DNA from: an uncultured Alphaproteobacteria bacterium | Lineage (GTDB): Bacteria; Pseudomonadota; Alphaproteobacteria; Rs-D84 | DNA: 49,237 nt | Assembly (NCBI GenBank): GCA_944390835.1 | Contig: CALXQT010000021.1 | Span: forward strand, 1 to 49,237 | Direction of reading: 5' to 3' | Shown here: piece by piece, positions 47,416 through 49,237 of the stretch | Numbering within the stretch: position 1 is the stretch's first letter | Layout of the letters: each line of letters begins with the position of its first letter | Notes under the pieces: model-generated | What the model saw: only the letters and a program-made list of their open reading frames with translations | What the model was told of the DNA's origin: nothing | Databases searched by the model: none | Program-made: the position numbers and the translations under genes

Positions 47416-49194
47416 ATGTGCCAAAAAGTGTGCCACAAAAAGTGCCAAAAACACATTAAAAGATTATTATTGAGAAATAATGTGTTTTATTATAGAACTA
47501 AAATTATAGTAAATGGTTGTGTAAAAGATAAAAGAATATCTTTGCATACGGGCAACATTATAGAGGCTTGTAAAAGAATGGGACAAATTTCTAAACATCT
47601 TGAAGAAATACAAGAATTGGAAGAGTTAAAAAATAGAGAATCAGACACATCTAAAGAATTTGCTGATATGCTCTGGGGGCCCGTAAAAAAGAGCTTTATA
47701 GAATCAAAAACTCTGTTCACTTTTCAGGATAATGTTGTTGAAGAAAAAATAGTAGAAGTTTTATTGACTAAAGGTGTTAAACTGTTGAGAGCAGGTATGT
47801 TAAAAGTACATACTAAAAACGGTCTCTTTGAGCCAACTTTGACAGTTCAAGACCAAACAGGTTATGATTTTCCAAAAACTATATGGCCAATATTTACTAT
47901 CACAGAAGAATTAGACAATGAAACTTTTGGAAACATTATAAGACAGCATGATATAATAAAGATATTAACTGATAAAAACAGTGCAAAAACATCCTATCCT
48001 AGCGAGGAAACAACCATTACACACCAACCGCAGAATATGATAGTTCAGCAGGTCATTAATAGTAATTTGACGGAATTTCCTACAATTCAAAATTTGCTGA
48101 CAGATTTTAAGATGGCCAAACATTATGATACTGATAAAAAAGATAGTCATGGGTGGAAAGTTTCAAGTAATTTAGATAGGATTTTTAATGAGAACGGTAT
48201 TTCATTAGACAAATCAATCACTTTTTTAAACAATCAAGCGATCATTAGAAAAATGACGGATTCTGTAAAGAATTATAAAAATGCATACAATAAGCCAATA
48301 TCTGCAGACACACAAGCCAATCACTTAGAACCATTTAGAGCTTTTTTAAGGTACTGTCAGAATATCAATCAGTCATATATTAATAATGCATATATAGAAT
48401 CAATAGATATACCTAGAAGTAGAACTAAAGAAATAGTCGGACACACTGCATATAGTGCAGAAGCACTGCATAAAATATTTGATACGAAACATGATTTCTT
48501 TATAAAAAATCCATATTTGTTTTGGATAGTGGTCATTGCACTTTATACTGGGGCGAGAAAAAATGCGGCCACCACATTGAAATACCAGAATATTATACAA
48601 ATAGCAGATATTCCTTGTATAGAATTTATTAAAGATGATGATAATAAAAAGTTAAAGAACAATGCTACTGAACGAGTTGTTCCTATATCAAAACAGCTGT
48701 TACAGTTAGGTTTTCTTGATTTTGTAAATAATAGAAAAAAATCATTGAAAGCATCAGAGGAAGATTTTATTTTTCCCGAATGTTTTAAAATAGATGGTAA
48801 TAACAAATTGATATGGAGAGAAGCATGTTTGAGACCATTAATGGATTTTTTTAGAAAACTTGGTATAAAAAATGATGAATATGAATCTATCAAGAAAACT
48901 AGGGAAAAGTACGATTTTCATTCTTTTAGAAAAAATGCTAATCAGCAATTAAAAGCCCGAAAAGTTCCTGTTGATAAAATAAATATGATTATTGGTTGGG
49001 GACAAGATAATTTGAGTGATGGTTCATATAATTACGACATTTTTTCAGACAAGCTGATACAAGAACTGCACAATATAATTGATAAAGATTTAGTATATGA
49101 TTTTCTTCAACAAGAATTTGACGAATGGAAAATACTCTTAGCCAACAAGTATCATTGTACAAAGAAAATGCACCGAGTACAACAAGCGAATTAA
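47416..49194 (+). CDS. int: Tyrosine recombinase/integrase, unusually long (592 aa)
   Basis: The C-terminal catalytic domain has ALYTGARKNAA (Arg I), HSFRKNANQQL (H-x-x-R), IIGWGQD and SYNY (candidate nucleophile Tyr). The N-terminal LLLRNNVFYYRTKI...RISLHT resembles the arm-type N-terminal motif of proteobacterial island integrases. AAGGA lies upstream of ATG 47416. Confidence 0.8.
   Translation: MCQKVCHKKCQKHIKRLLLRNNVFYYRTKIIVNGCVKDKRISLHTGNIIEACKRMGQISKHLEEIQELEELKNRESDTSKEFADMLWGPVKKSFIESKTLFTFQDNVVEEKIVEVLLTKGVKLLRAGMLKVHTKNGLFEPTLTVQDQTGYDFPKTIWPIFTITEELDNETFGNIIRQHDIIKILTDKNSAKTSYPSEETTITHQPQNMIVQQVINSNLTEFPTIQNLLTDFKMAKHYDTDKKDSHGWKVSSNLDRIFNENGISLDKSITFLNNQAIIRKMTDSVKNYKNAYNKPISADTQANHLEPFRAFLRYCQNINQSYINNAYIESIDIPRSRTKEIVGHTAYSAEALHKIFDTKHDFFIKNPYLFWIVVIALYTGARKNAATTLKYQNIIQIADIPCIEFIKDDDNKKLKNNATERVVPISKQLLQLGFLDFVNNRKKSLKASEEDFIFPECFKIDGNNKLIWREACLRPLMDFFRKLGIKNDEYESIKKTREKYDFHSFRKNANQQLKARKVPVDKINMIIGWGQDNLSDGSYNYDIFSDKLIQELHNIIDKDLVYDFLQQEFDEWKILLANKYHCTKKMHRVQQAN
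47417..47451 (+). repeat. Three 12-nt-phased GTGCCA repeats at the 5' end of the integrase ORF
   Basis: GTGCCA occurs at 47418, 47430 and 47442. AAAAAGTGCCA at 47437..47447 is identical to 47299..47309 in the tRNA-proximal hairpin. Confidence 0.5.
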
Positions 49195-49237
49195 TATCTG
49201 ATACTTTCCGAAGCATTCCATAATTGTTGTGGGTTGT

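Larger units (their letters stand above)
47294..49237 (+). mobile_element. Probable left end of a tRNA-Ser-associated integrated element (island or prophage), truncated by window end
   Basis: A tyrosine-recombinase gene lies about 120 nt downstream of an intact tRNA-Ser, on the same strand. This stretch is visibly more AT-rich than the flanking core genes. The other boundary is not in the window. Confidence 0.45.

Noticed and set aside
1-49237. CRISPR arrays, IS elements, toxin-antitoxin pairs, restriction-modification or other defence modules
   Set aside because: No repeat-spacer periodicity, transposase-like ORFs, terminal inverted repeats or small paired ORFs of that kind were seen on either strand. 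The only mobility gene is the integrase at 47416.

Overview
Low-GC bacterial chromosomal segment. All CDS coordinates include the stop codon, as in the supplied ORF track. The gene content looks proteobacterial and most resembles an alphaproteobacterium: rplK-rplA-rplJ-rplL-rpoB-rpoC, rpmF-plsX, fabH-ihfA, an olsB/olsA-like pair, lgt and many beta-barrel outer-membrane proteins. Several genes suggest an anaerobe or microaerophile (clostridial-type 2x[4Fe-4S] ferredoxin, L-LDH, Fe-SOD). I support about 45 protein genes, 3 tRNAs (Arg-CCU, Thr-UGU, Ser-UGA, all with encoded CCA), an unlisted rpmF, many hairpin/T-run terminators (often bidirectional between convergent genes) and a few promoter-like sites. 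Most of the window is housekeeping. I see no convincing multi-gene novel system: no CRISPR, defence, toxin-antitoxin, reverse-transcriptase or secretion-machine signatures. The items most worth a second look are these. (1) An in-frame TAG splits the essential rpoC at a conserved Gln position. (2) A 718-aa secreted protein has a sequon-dense Ser/Thr/Arg/Asn spacer and an 18-Cys module, just downstream of galE. (3) A tRNA-Ser(UGA)/integrase junction at 47.2 kb probably marks the left end of an integrated element that runs off the window; it carries phased GTGCCA repeats and an unusually long integrase. (4) A stand-alone mraZ has three exact AACCATAAAA boxes around a consensus-like promoter. (5) A cluster encodes two paralogous OMPs plus a glycine-zipper secreted protein. 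(6) ProRS and GlyRS are of the archaeal/Thermus-like types. Function calls rest on motif recognition from the translations only; no database search was possible.
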